DNA from: an uncultured Alphaproteobacteria bacterium
Lineage (GTDB): Bacteria; Pseudomonadota; Alphaproteobacteria; Rs-D84; CACZYB01
Reading direction: 5' to 3'
DNA: 32,000 nt
NCBI GenBank assembly: GCA_934246625.1
Contig: CAKQHZ010000001.1
Coordinates: forward strand, 390,001 to 422,000
Every line of letters begins with the position of its first letter. Positions within the stretch are counted from its first letter, which is position 1. The notes under the pieces are model-generated. The model made no database searches and was not told the origin of the DNA. It was given only the letters and a program-made list of their open reading frames with translations. The translations under genes and the position numbers were made by a program. Positions 1-7,956 of this stretch are shown here, piece by piece.

Positions 1-813
1 TTAAAAATACTTCCATACATTATATGTATTTTGACTGGAATAATTGTATTTTTATTTGAAAAATTCACTATTGACCCAGATATAAAAAATATGGTCATTA
101 ATATATCATCTGGTTTGATAAGTGTGCCATTTGTTTTTATATCCTATGAACTTGTAAAAAATATTACTGAACAAAAAATTCGTGCTCGTATCACAGGATA
201 TATAAAATTCCATGTTGAAAAGTCTTTGTTTGGAATGTTGAAATACTTTTATACTTGGTTTTTCCCAACGGAAAAAATGGCTATAATTTTAACTGATGCA
301 AAGTTAAATTTTCTTTTTGATATGGAAACATTGAAAATTGAACGCTTTTTTATGGAAAGAAAAATGCTTGGCTTTTTTGTATATAAGGATATTTCTTCGT
401 TTATAGAAGAACTTAGTTCTATTATAAAAAACCCTAATATAAATTCTTATATATCTACTGACGAAATGGTTCGTTTTATGGATATTTTGCGAAATATTAC
501 CTTGATAAAAAAAGAAACTTTGGATTTCATAAACGAAGATAAAGATACAAGATTTACAATAAAAACTGACCCTAATCCAAATAATTCAAAATTGACACTG
601 ACAAATGGGAATATTCAAATTGATAGTGGCGAATTTGGTAATTTGGATAAGGAAAAATTAACAGAATATTTTCGTGTGCCAACCGAAGATATAGAATTGG
701 TGGCAAAGCAAATTCATGAACTTCTTTTTAATATAGAAGAAATTTTGGAAATAATGAATATTGATTTTTGGAACGAAAATTATCCGTATGATATAAAAAA
801 TCCAAACTCTTAA
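1..813 (+). CDS. hypothetical membrane-associated protein, probably 5'-partial
   Basis: The ORF track gives 31..813 with a TTG start. The same frame has no stop back to base 1, so the true start may lie upstream of the window. The N-terminus is hydrophobic (GIIVFLF, SSGLISVPFVFISY). I recognise no family motif. Confidence 0.45.
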   Translation, partial: LKILPYIICILTGIIVFLFEKFTIDPDIKNMVINISSGLISVPFVFISYELVKNITEQKIRARITGYIKFHVEKSLFGMLKYFYTWFFPTEKMAIILTDAKLNFLFDMETLKIERFFMERKMLGFFVYKDISSFIEELSSIIKNPNINSYISTDEMVRFMDILRNITLIKKETLDFINEDKDTRFTIKTDPNPNNSKLTLTNGNIQIDSGEFGNLDKEKLTEYFRVPTEDIELVAKQIHELLFNIEEILEIMNIDFWNENYPYDIKNPNS

Positions 814-861
814 AAATATGCTTGCATATTTCTATTTTTTTTGTATCCTTTGCTAATAGAT

Positions 862-937
862 GTTCCCATCGTCTAGTGGTCTAGGACTCAAGATTCTCAT
901 TCTTGCAACACGGGTTCGAATCCCGTTGGGAATGCCA
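862..937 (+). tRNA. tRNA-Glu (anticodon CUC), CCA encoded
   Basis: Cloverleaf folded by hand. Acceptor stem is GTTCCCA/TGGGAAT with a G1:U72 wobble. Anticodon stem is CAAGA/TCTTG with 7-nt loop TTCTCAT, giving anticodon CTC. The variable loop is 4 nt (CAAC). The T arm is ACGGG-TTCGAAT-CCCGT, followed by discriminator G and CCA. Confidence 0.9.
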
Positions 938-1038
938 AGTCTTTACACCGATTACCAGTATTCGGAAATAACCTTGTTCTCTTCTATGCTCCACACTAAC
1001 ACCGTGTGTCGCTAAGGTTTCACAATTATAAAGATATT

Positions 1039-1063
1039 AAAAAAATCCCCTTTTCAGGGGATT
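1039..1063 (-). terminator. rho-independent terminator of rlpA
   Basis: Stem AATCCCCT (1044-1051) pairs with AGGGGATT (1056-1063) around loop TTTC. On the minus strand the hairpin is followed by a 7-T run (A-run 1039-1045). It lies 10 nt after the rlpA stop. Confidence 0.75.
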
Positions 1064-1072
1064 AGTTAAGAT

Positions 1073-2206
1073 TTACATTTTCCATTTGAAACTGCCATCT
1101 GATTTTATTATGACACGTGAACCAGGAATTCCAGCTTCGGAAACTGCACGTTGTGCTTTCTCTGCTTCTTCTGGAGTCATAAATTCACCAAGACGAACTT
1201 TGTAAAGTGTATTGCCATTTGCTACGGCTTTGAAAATCTTTACTGTTCCAAGAGATGAAAGTTTGTTTTTCATTATTTCTGCCTTATCATAAGTTGAGTA
1301 TGCACCAACTTGAACGAAATAATCACCAACACCCTCTGTCTTTGTTGTATCAGAAACACTTTCTGGTTGAACAGGTGCAGGTGCTTCTTGCACAGGAGCA
1401 ACTACAACAGGTTCTGCTGGCTTTTCAACAGGATTTTGTTGAATATCAGGAGCATAAATGTCAGTGTTTTGTGAGGCAATAGCTAATTCCTTAAGATTAC
1501 GGCTTTCTTCTGGTAAAATTTCAACTTTTACACGTGCTGTGCCCTTTTCTTTAATACCAAGAACATCAGCAGCGGCAGAAGATAAATCCAAAATTCTGTC
1601 TCTTGCATAAGGACCTCTGTCATTTACCTTTATATTTGCAGAAATTCCATTTTCAAGGTTTGTTACACGAACAAGTGATGGCATAGGTAATGTTCTGTGT
1701 GCAGCAGTAAGTTTTGTTTCATCAAAAACTTCGCCATTTGCTGTTTTTCCACCATGGAAATCTGGACCATACCATGATGCAATACCTATTTCACTGTATG
1801 TATAATCTTCGTGTGGATAATATGAAACACCATCAATTAAATATGGGTTTCCGATTTTATAATTTCCCATTGCACCAAATGCAGTTTTTGAAACATCTAT
1901 ATCAGCAGGATTTTCAGCTGGCTTTGTTGCTTCTACTGGGGCAGATGCTTCTTGCACAGGAGCAGGAGCCTCTACAGGTTGATTTTGTTGTTGTGCTTGA
2001 TTATTTTGAACAGCCTTCATACTTGTAGCCATTTCTTCACTAACTTCTTCCTCATCACCATAAATATCATCATACATATCATAAAAATTTGTTTTTGTAT
2101 AGCTTGATGGTTTTGAAGTTGATGTAATTGCAACACCTTCTTGCTTTGCCACTGAACAAGCACTTAATAATATAGACCCAAATAAAGCAATTAAAATTTT
2201 ATTCAT
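1073..2206 (-). CDS. rlpA: septal ring lytic transglycosylase RlpA-family lipoprotein (DPBB domain plus C-terminal SPOR domain)
   Basis: Lipobox LLSAC at the N-terminus. The DPBB core reads ASWYGPDFHGGKTANGEVFD...LTAAHRTLPMPSLVRVTNLENG...VNDRGPY. The C-terminus is SPOR-like (YFVQVGAYS...LYKVRLGEF). RBS AAGGAGA lies upstream of the ATG at 2206. Confidence 0.85.
   Translation of the reverse strand: MNKILIALFGSILLSACSVAKQEGVAITSTSKPSSYTKTNFYDMYDDIYGDEEEVSEEMATSMKAVQNNQAQQQNQPVEAPAPVQEASAPVEATKPAENPADIDVSKTAFGAMGNYKIGNPYLIDGVSYYPHEDYTYSEIGIASWYGPDFHGGKTANGEVFDETKLTAAHRTLPMPSLVRVTNLENGISANIKVNDRGPYARDRILDLSSAAADVLGIKEKGTARVKVEILPEESRNLKELAIASQNTDIYAPDIQQNPVEKPAEPVVVAPVQEAPAPVQPESVSDTTKTEGVGDYFVQVGAYSTYDKAEIMKNKLSSLGTVKIFKAVANGNTLYKVRLGEFMTPEEAEKAQRAVSEAGIPGSRVIIKSDGSFKWKM
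1382..1400. repeat. 19-nt perfect direct repeat, copy 1, inside rlpA
   Basis: TGCTTCTTGCACAGGAGCA is identical to 1946-1964. It encodes the APVQEA linker motif. Confidence 0.9.
1946..1964. repeat. 19-nt perfect direct repeat, copy 2, inside rlpA
   Basis: TGCTTCTTGCACAGGAGCA is identical to 1382-1400. Confidence 0.9.
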
Positions 2207-2265
2207 ATTTTTTCTCCTTCATTTCATATTTATAATATCATTTTTTTCCTACTGATGCAACAAGT

Positions 2266-3063
2266 TTATTTTAAATAAAAGTATAAAAAGATTGCAAATA
2301 AAATCCTATAGATAGCAAATATTTTGAATGATGATTTTTTAACCCAATTTATCATAAATTTTATGGCAAATAATGAGAATATAAAAGACATACAAATTGT
2401 AAAAATTAAATAGACTATGTTTATTTTTACTGGATTTGCAATAAATTCAACTATACTTCCAACACCAAGAAAACCAACCGTTGGAATTGAAAGCAAAAAT
2501 GCAAATCGAACCGCAGATTGTCGCTTTTGTCCGCACATCATACCAGCTGTCATAGTAGCTCCACTTCGGCTTACACCTGGAATTATTGAAATAATTTGTG
2601 CTAAACCAATAAAAATGGCATCAAAGTATGAAAGTTGTGGAATATCTTTTTTTTTCGCACTATAGACATCAGCAAGATACAAAAGTCCACCAAAAATAAT
2701 GCTTGTATAGATTACAATCTTTGGATTTCTTATACCTGAAATTCTACCAAAATACATTATTGCCCCAGCAATAAATATTGGGATAAATGCTAAACAAATT
2801 TTATAAAATAAACTTCTTTGGGATTTGGTGCTGTTGCTTCGAAAAATGGAAAAAAAGATTTCCTTTATATCCTTTCGATAAAAATAACATACTGCCAAAA
2901 TAGACCCTATATGTGCAGAAATATCAACTATTATCCCCTGATCCGCAACATTGACTAAATAAGGTAAAACTAAAAGATGGGCAGAAGAACTTACAGGAAG
3001 AAACTCCGTCATTCCCTGAATAAAAGACAAAATTGTTAAATATACAAATTCAAACAAATCCAC
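2266..3063 (-). CDS. uppP: undecaprenyl-diphosphate phosphatase
   Basis: Polytopic membrane protein with the BacA/UppP motifs GMTEFLPVSSSAHL and PGVSRSGATM. GTG start at 3063 is preceded by AAGGGGG. Confidence 0.85.
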   Translation of the reverse strand: MDLFEFVYLTILSFIQGMTEFLPVSSSAHLLVLPYLVNVADQGIIVDISAHIGSILAVCYFYRKDIKEIFFSIFRSNSTKSQRSLFYKICLAFIPIFIAGAIMYFGRISGIRNPKIVIYTSIIFGGLLYLADVYSAKKKDIPQLSYFDAIFIGLAQIISIIPGVSRSGATMTAGMMCGQKRQSAVRFAFLLSIPTVGFLGVGSIVEFIANPVKINIVYLIFTICMSFIFSLFAIKFMINWVKKSSFKIFAIYRILFAIFLYFYLK

Positions 3064-3184
3064 TCCTACCCCCTTTATAAAAAAAACTTGTTTTATTATT
3101 GTAATTTTGATATAATAAGTAAGATTATATAGTAAAAAATTTCTTTTTTCTATTATTTTTTAATAATTTTAGACGGAGTTTATT

Positions 3185-3748
3185 ATGGCGAAGAATGAAT
3201 GGGAAATTACAGTAGGTGATTATGTTGTTTATCCAACTCACGGTGTCGGACAAGTAGCAGAAATAGTAGAAGAAACTATTGCAGGAATGAATATTGAATT
3301 TTTGGTTGTAAGATTTGCAAAAAATCGTATGACTTTGAAAATTCCTGTGGATAAAATTGAAGTATCTGGACTTAGAAAACTATCAACAGAATATGAAATT
3401 AAAAAAGCTATTGATATTATGAAAACTTCACCTCAACAAAAAAGAATTGTGTGGGCAAAACGTGCTCAAGAATATGAAGAAAAAATCAATAGTGGCGACC
3501 CTCAAGTTGTTGCTGAAGTTGTGCGTGATTTATATAAGCGTTCTGATAAACTTGAACAATCATTTAGCGAAAGACAAATTTATGAACAAGCATTGTCAAG
3601 ACTTGCTGATGAATATGCTGTGATTTATGGTCTTCCATCTGATGATGCGATTGCAAAAATTGAATCTATTATGGAAAAGGAAGATAAAAAACAACAAAAG
3701 AATGCTGAAGCTAAACAAGCAGAAGAAATTGACGAAGACGAAGAATAA
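3185..3748 (+). CDS. carD: CarD-family transcriptional regulator
   Basis: The N-terminal Tudor-like segment GDYVVYPTHGVGQV and RMTLKIPVDK are typical of CarD/CdnL. The C-terminal tail is acidic. RBS GGAG is present. Confidence 0.8.
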   Translation: MAKNEWEITVGDYVVYPTHGVGQVAEIVEETIAGMNIEFLVVRFAKNRMTLKIPVDKIEVSGLRKLSTEYEIKKAIDIMKTSPQQKRIVWAKRAQEYEEKINSGDPQVVAEVVRDLYKRSDKLEQSFSERQIYEQALSRLADEYAVIYGLPSDDAIAKIESIMEKEDKKQQKNAEAKQAEEIDEDEE

Positions 3749-3776
3749 TTCTTTTCTTTATTAAATCAAAAAAATT

Positions 3777-3803
3777 ATCCTCCAATATGGAGGATTTTTA
3801 TTT
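3777..3803 (+). terminator. rho-independent terminator of carD
   Basis: ATCCTCC (3777-3783) pairs with GGAGGAT (3789-3795) around loop AATAT, followed by TTTTATTT. Confidence 0.75.
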
Positions 3804-3804
3804 G

Positions 3805-3828
3805 AAAAAAGCCACCTTTTAAAGTGGC
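3805..3828 (-). terminator. rho-independent terminator of fpr
   Basis: GCCAC (3811-3815) pairs with GTGGC (3824-3828). On the minus strand the hairpin is followed by TTTTTT (A-run 3805-3810). It lies just after the fpr stop at 3835. Confidence 0.6.
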
Positions 3829-3834
3829 ATTTTT

Positions 3835-4611
3835 TTAGTGCTTATCAAAATAAAGATTTCCTTTTTCCTTAAGGGTATGTCTTGTAAAGCCCTTTTGTAA
3901 AAAGATTTCTACTGTTTCATCAACCATTCTTGGATTTCCACAAAGGAATACATGGAAACCTTCTGGTGTAATTTTTTTACCAAAATCCTTCTCAATAGTG
4001 CCATCTTTTACCAATGATTGTGCATGACCCTTATATCCCTTCCATTGTTCACCTTGTTCCTGTTCTGAACGAGAAACGATTGGATAATAATGGAAATATG
4101 GTGAAAGTTTTTCAAGTTCTTCTAATTCACCCTTAAAACCAAGTTCATAAGTATGTCTTGCACCATGGATAAGAGCAACTTGTCTTTTACCATTTAAAAT
4201 TTCATCTTTGTGGTCGCGAAGAATACTTACAAATGGGGCAATACCTGTGCCTGTGCTTATAAATAATAAGTCTGCTGTATCTTCTACACCATCAAAATTC
4301 ATAACACCAGCGGCCCTTTCACCCATAAATATTTCATCACCTATCTTTAAATCAAAAAGACGTGGAGTAAGTCTTCCATCTGGAACCAAAACAATATAAA
4401 ATTCAACTTCATCTTCCTTTGGTGAAGATGTGATTGAATATGCACGTCTGTGCCATTCGCCATCTAAATTATTTTTATCATCAGGAAGTCCAAGAACAGC
4501 AAATTGACCTGCTTTGAAATCTAATTTATGTTCATCTTTAAACTTTACAAAAAAAAGTTTAATTTCTGGAGTAATTTCTTTTATATTTTTTACTATTGCA
4601 TTGTATTGCAT
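3835..4611 (-). CDS. fpr: ferredoxin--NADP(+) reductase (Fpr-type)
   Basis: FAD-binding RAYSITSSP motif, the NADP-binding GTGIAPF motif and the LCGNPRM motif. Length 258 aa is typical. Confidence 0.8.
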   Translation of the reverse strand: MQYNAIVKNIKEITPEIKLFFVKFKDEHKLDFKAGQFAVLGLPDDKNNLDGEWHRRAYSITSSPKEDEVEFYIVLVPDGRLTPRLFDLKIGDEIFMGERAAGVMNFDGVEDTADLLFISTGTGIAPFVSILRDHKDEILNGKRQVALIHGARHTYELGFKGELEELEKLSPYFHYYPIVSRSEQEQGEQWKGYKGHAQSLVKDGTIEKDFGKKITPEGFHVFLCGNPRMVDETVEIFLQKGFTRHTLKEKGNLYFDKH

Positions 4612-4807
4612 AATAAACCTCTTTAATTATGATTGAAGTCTTATTTTAATATAATTGTTAAAAAAAATCAATTGCAAAAAAAAATTTATATGATATATTG
4701 AGTTTTATATAGAATTTAATAAAAAAATAATCTCAAATTACCAATTTTTTAAATAACTTTTCATAAAAAAGTTGGGGTTTGTTATTATAATTATAAGGAG
4801 ATTTAAA

Positions 4808-5284
4808 ATGATTGATAAAATGCCTATTACTCCAAAAGGTTATAAAAAACTTGAAGACGAATTGAAAAATTTAAAATATGTTGAAAGACCTGCTGTAATT
4901 CAAGCTATCAGTGAAGCTCGTGCTTTAGGCGATTTATCTGAAAATGCGGAATACCACAGTGCAAAAGAAAAACAAGCCCTTATTGAAGGTAAAATTACTT
5001 ACCTTGAAGGTGCAATAAGCACTGCTGAAATTATTGACCCTCTTAAAATGAGTGGCGATGTCGTAAAATTCGGTGCAACAGTTAAATTTGTTGATGTTGA
5101 AACTGATGAAGAAAAAACTTATCAAATAGTTGGTAAGGAAGAAGCCGACCTTGAACATGGACTTATTTCTTTTGAAAGCCCTATTGCTCGTGCTTTGATT
5201 GGAAAAAGTGTTGGTGATGAATTTACTGTGGCTTCTCCTAAAGGTAATAGAGAATTTGAACTTTTATCTGTAGAATATAAATAA
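4808..5284 (+). CDS. greA: transcription elongation factor GreA
   Basis: MPITPKGYKKLEDELKNLK...ISEARALGDLSENAEYHSAKE is the canonical GreA N-terminus. I chose the ATG at 4808, 7 nt after AAGGAG, not the TTG at 4772 from the track. Confidence 0.9.
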   Translation: MIDKMPITPKGYKKLEDELKNLKYVERPAVIQAISEARALGDLSENAEYHSAKEKQALIEGKITYLEGAISTAEIIDPLKMSGDVVKFGATVKFVDVETDEEKTYQIVGKEEADLEHGLISFESPIARALIGKSVGDEFTVASPKGNREFELLSVEYK

Positions 5285-5292
5285 AAATTATA

Positions 5293-5409
5293 ATGAAAAA
5301 AATTTTATTACTTATATTGGTTTCTGTTATACTTGCTTCTTGTGGAGTAAAGGGACACCCTGATATTCCAGAAGGAGCAAAGTATAAAAGAACTTATCCT
5401 GCAGTATAA
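5293..5409 (+). CDS. small lipoprotein (38 aa), LptM/YifL-like
   Basis: Below the ORF-track size cutoff. Translation is MKKILLLILVSVILASCGVKGHPDIPEGAKYKRTYPAV. It has lipobox LASC followed by C-G-V-K-G-x-P, resembling the CG(L/V)KGPL motif of the small YifL/LptM lipoproteins. Confidence 0.55.
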   Translation: MKKILLLILVSVILASCGVKGHPDIPEGAKYKRTYPAV

Positions 5410-5492
5410 TTTGAATTTACTCCTATCTTTCAAACTTGACTTTTTTCATTTTTTATTTTTAAAATTATATCAATTTTAATTTTGGAAATATT

Positions 5493-6410
5493 ATGGATAA
5501 TAAAAATTCAAACAAAAATATGTTGTCTAAATCTGTTAATTTTAATATTACAGGTGGACTTCCTTCTAATATAAACGATGGCGGTATTTCAAGCTATATC
5601 AATATGGTTAAAAATATTCCTCATCTTTCCCCAGAAGAAGAATATGACTTGGCCGTTAAGGTTCAAGAACAACATGATATTGATGCAGCCGAAAAACTTA
5701 TTAAATCTAATCTTTTTTTGGTTGTGGCAACCGCGTTTGAATATAAGGGTTATGGACTTCCGATTTCTGATATTATTTCCGAAGGTAATATAGGACTTAT
5801 GAAAGCGGTGAAAAAATATGACCCGAAAAAGGGTTTTCGACTTTCAACCTATGCTCTTTGGTGGATAAGGGCGACTATCAATGAATTTGTTCTTTCTTCT
5901 TGGAGCTTGGTTAAAATTGGAACACAAACCGCACAAAAAAAACTTTTCTTTTCACTTAAAAAGTTAAAGGCAAAACTTGGCATTTACAATGATAATGATA
6001 TGACTAAAGATGATGTTAAAAAAATTGCCGATACTTTAGATGTTGAAGAATCCGATGTCGTGGAAATGAATAATCGTATGGTTAAGGATAGCTCTCTTAA
6101 CAAAATGATTTCCAATGACGAAGATGGCGATGAAAAGATAAGCCAGCTTGTGGCTACTACTCCAAATAGCGAAGAAATAGTTGGGGAAAATGAAACCCAA
6201 TATTTAAGAAGAAAAATGTTGTTTGAGGCACTTCAACAACTTAACCCTCGCGAACAACTTATTATTAAAAAAAGACGACTTGTTGAAAATCCCGCAACGC
6301 TTGAAGAACTATCTGATGAACTTAAAATCAGTAAGGAACGTGTGCGTCAAATTGAAAATAGAGCTATGGAAAAGCTAACAAGCTATCTTTCAAAATTCAA
6401 AAAATCTTAA
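5493..6410 (+). CDS. rpoH: RNA polymerase sigma-32 factor RpoH
   Basis: Sigma-70 family regions 2-4 are present. The RpoH-box-like segment QKKLFFSLKKLK is present, and region 4.2 reads ISKERVRQIENRAMEKL. Confidence 0.85.
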   Translation: MDNKNSNKNMLSKSVNFNITGGLPSNINDGGISSYINMVKNIPHLSPEEEYDLAVKVQEQHDIDAAEKLIKSNLFLVVATAFEYKGYGLPISDIISEGNIGLMKAVKKYDPKKGFRLSTYALWWIRATINEFVLSSWSLVKIGTQTAQKKLFFSLKKLKAKLGIYNDNDMTKDDVKKIADTLDVEESDVVEMNNRMVKDSSLNKMISNDEDGDEKISQLVATTPNSEEIVGENETQYLRRKMLFEALQQLNPREQLIIKKRRLVENPATLEELSDELKISKERVRQIENRAMEKLTSYLSKFKKS

Positions 6411-7324
6411 ATCTTTTTTAACTTTGAAAGTGGGTGATTGTTTGCAATCGCCGATTTTAACTTATCTGTCATTATATGTGTATATATTTGTGTGGTGGCA
6501 ATATTGCTATGCCCTAACATAGTTTGAACCGCCCTTAAATCTGCTCCTCCTGCGATTAAATGAGATGCAAAAGAATGACGGAAAACGTGCGGAGAAACCT
6601 TTGTTTCATCAATGCCAGCGGAAATTGAAATTTCCTTTAGCTGTCTGTAAAAATAAAACCTTGTTAAATGGCCATATTTTGAAGTTGATGGAAATAAATA
6701 TTTCGAATCAATTTCATTTTTTGGTATAAATGTATCACGAATTTTTAAATATGTTTCCATCTTTTTTAAAACCGTATCGTTTATTGGAACCAATCGTTCC
6801 TTTGACCCCTTTCCCATTACTTGTATATATTCTCGCTTTACAAACGCACGAAGCGGAAGTGAAACAAGCTCTGATACACGAAGACCCGTTGCATACAAAA
6901 GTTCCAAAATAAAATCCAATCTTATCCCATTGTTTGTGTGGATTTTTTTTGCTGTATCAATAAGTTTTTCAATTTCAGCACGAGTTAAATATTTTGGCAA
7001 AGATTGCCCTTGTTTTGGTGAAAAAATTGATGATGAAGGATTTTCCTTTATTTTGCCTTCGGATAAATAAAAAAGAAAAAATGTGTGCAATGCAGATAAT
7101 CGTCTTGCCTGTGTTTTGGCGGAAATTTTTTCCTCAGTTAAAAATGAAAGATAGTATCGTATATCAGATTTATCAGTATCAAGAAGAGATTTCTTTTTAC
7201 ACTCCTTAATCAAAAATTCGGCAAATTTTTCCAAATCTGTCCTGTATGCAGATTTTGTATTTTGCGAAATACCTTTTTCTGCAGAAAGCATATTCAAAAA
7301 ATTTTCAATTAAATCTTTGTTCAT
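6407..7324 (-). CDS. xerD: site-specific tyrosine recombinase XerD (XerC not excluded)
   Basis: N-terminal SAM-like domain (LSAEKGISQNTKSAYRTDLEKF, ARRLSAL). The catalytic C-terminus has ATGLRVSEL, HVFRHSFASHL and LGHSNIATTQIYTH. Confidence 0.75.
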   Translation of the reverse strand: MNKDLIENFLNMLSAEKGISQNTKSAYRTDLEKFAEFLIKECKKKSLLDTDKSDIRYYLSFLTEEKISAKTQARRLSALHTFFLFYLSEGKIKENPSSSIFSPKQGQSLPKYLTRAEIEKLIDTAKKIHTNNGIRLDFILELLYATGLRVSELVSLPLRAFVKREYIQVMGKGSKERLVPINDTVLKKMETYLKIRDTFIPKNEIDSKYLFPSTSKYGHLTRFYFYRQLKEISISAGIDETKVSPHVFRHSFASHLIAGGADLRAVQTMLGHSNIATTQIYTHIMTDKLKSAIANNHPLSKLKKI

Positions 7325-7419
7325 ATTTTTATAATATCATTTTTAACTTCTTTATGAAAGAAAATAAATATAGAAAAAGTCCTTTTTTATTTTTTAATTT
7401 ATACTATAATAAAAAGATT

Positions 7420-7956
7420 ATGTTAAAAGAAAATAAAGTTTTTAGAAAATGCGACCACCCTGATTGTGATAAAGAAGGGGAATATCGTGCACCCAAAAAT
7501 CGCAACCTTGATGATTACTATTGGTTTTGCCTTAAACATGTAAGTGAGTATAATAAATCATGGAATTATTACGAAGGTATGAGTATTGAGGAAATAGAAG
7601 CTGAAAATAAACGCGATGAAACATGGCAAAGTAAAACATGGAAGTTTGGCGTATCATTGGATAAAATTGCAAAGGAAGGTAGGCTTGAAGACCCATTTGA
7701 AATTTATGCAAAATATATGAAGGGAACAAACTATAAAACCACAAATAAAAAGGTTATAAACCCTATTACCAAAAAGGAACAAGAAGCATTGACTGTGTTT
7801 AATCTTTCATATCCATTTACAAAAGATGAACTTCGTAAAAAATATAAAATCCTTGTAAAAAAACATCACCCAGACTTAAATGGTGGGTCAAAGGAAGCAG
7901 AAGAAAAATTCAAAGTAATTTCTGCTTGCTATACAATACTTCTTAAAAAGTGTTAA
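7420..7956 (+). CDS. J-domain protein with an N-terminal Cys/His-rich module
   Basis: C-terminal J domain LRKKYKILVKKHHPDLNGGSKEAEEKFKVISACY contains the HPD motif. The N-terminus reads CDHPDCDKEGEYRAPK...WFCLKHV. The start is set at ATG 7420 because the track's 7246 start would overlap xerD. Confidence 0.7.
   Translation: MLKENKVFRKCDHPDCDKEGEYRAPKNRNLDDYYWFCLKHVSEYNKSWNYYEGMSIEEIEAENKRDETWQSKTWKFGVSLDKIAKEGRLEDPFEIYAKYMKGTNYKTTNKKVINPITKKEQEALTVFNLSYPFTKDELRKKYKILVKKHHPDLNGGSKEAEEKFKVISACYTILLKKC

Noticed and set aside
862-937. Whether a CUC-anticodon tRNA-Glu is anomalous in so AT-rich a genome.
   Set aside because: The cloverleaf is canonical and GAG codons are used in the window. One tRNA cannot be judged without the full tRNA complement.
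1255-2028. Plus-strand ORFs 1255-1482 and 1714-2028, antisense to rlpA. The same applies to other antisense ORFs in the track, such as 2417-2665, 4208-4399, 4934-5158, 6730-7209, 10352-11752, 14271-15702, 16286-17867, 19613-20095, 22630-22890, 26735-27025 and 28600-28998.
   Set aside because: These are shadow ORFs lying entirely within well-supported conserved genes on the opposite strand. They are low-complexity, have no RBS and carry no recognisable motifs.
7246-7419. Upstream extension of the J-domain gene. Similar cases are the extensions of cdsA (19869-19991), greA (4772-4807), secB (24563-24592) and the GT2 gene (8704-8844).
   Set aside because: The extensions overlap neighbouring genes or lack an RBS. 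The conserved protein N-termini begin at the internal ATGs.
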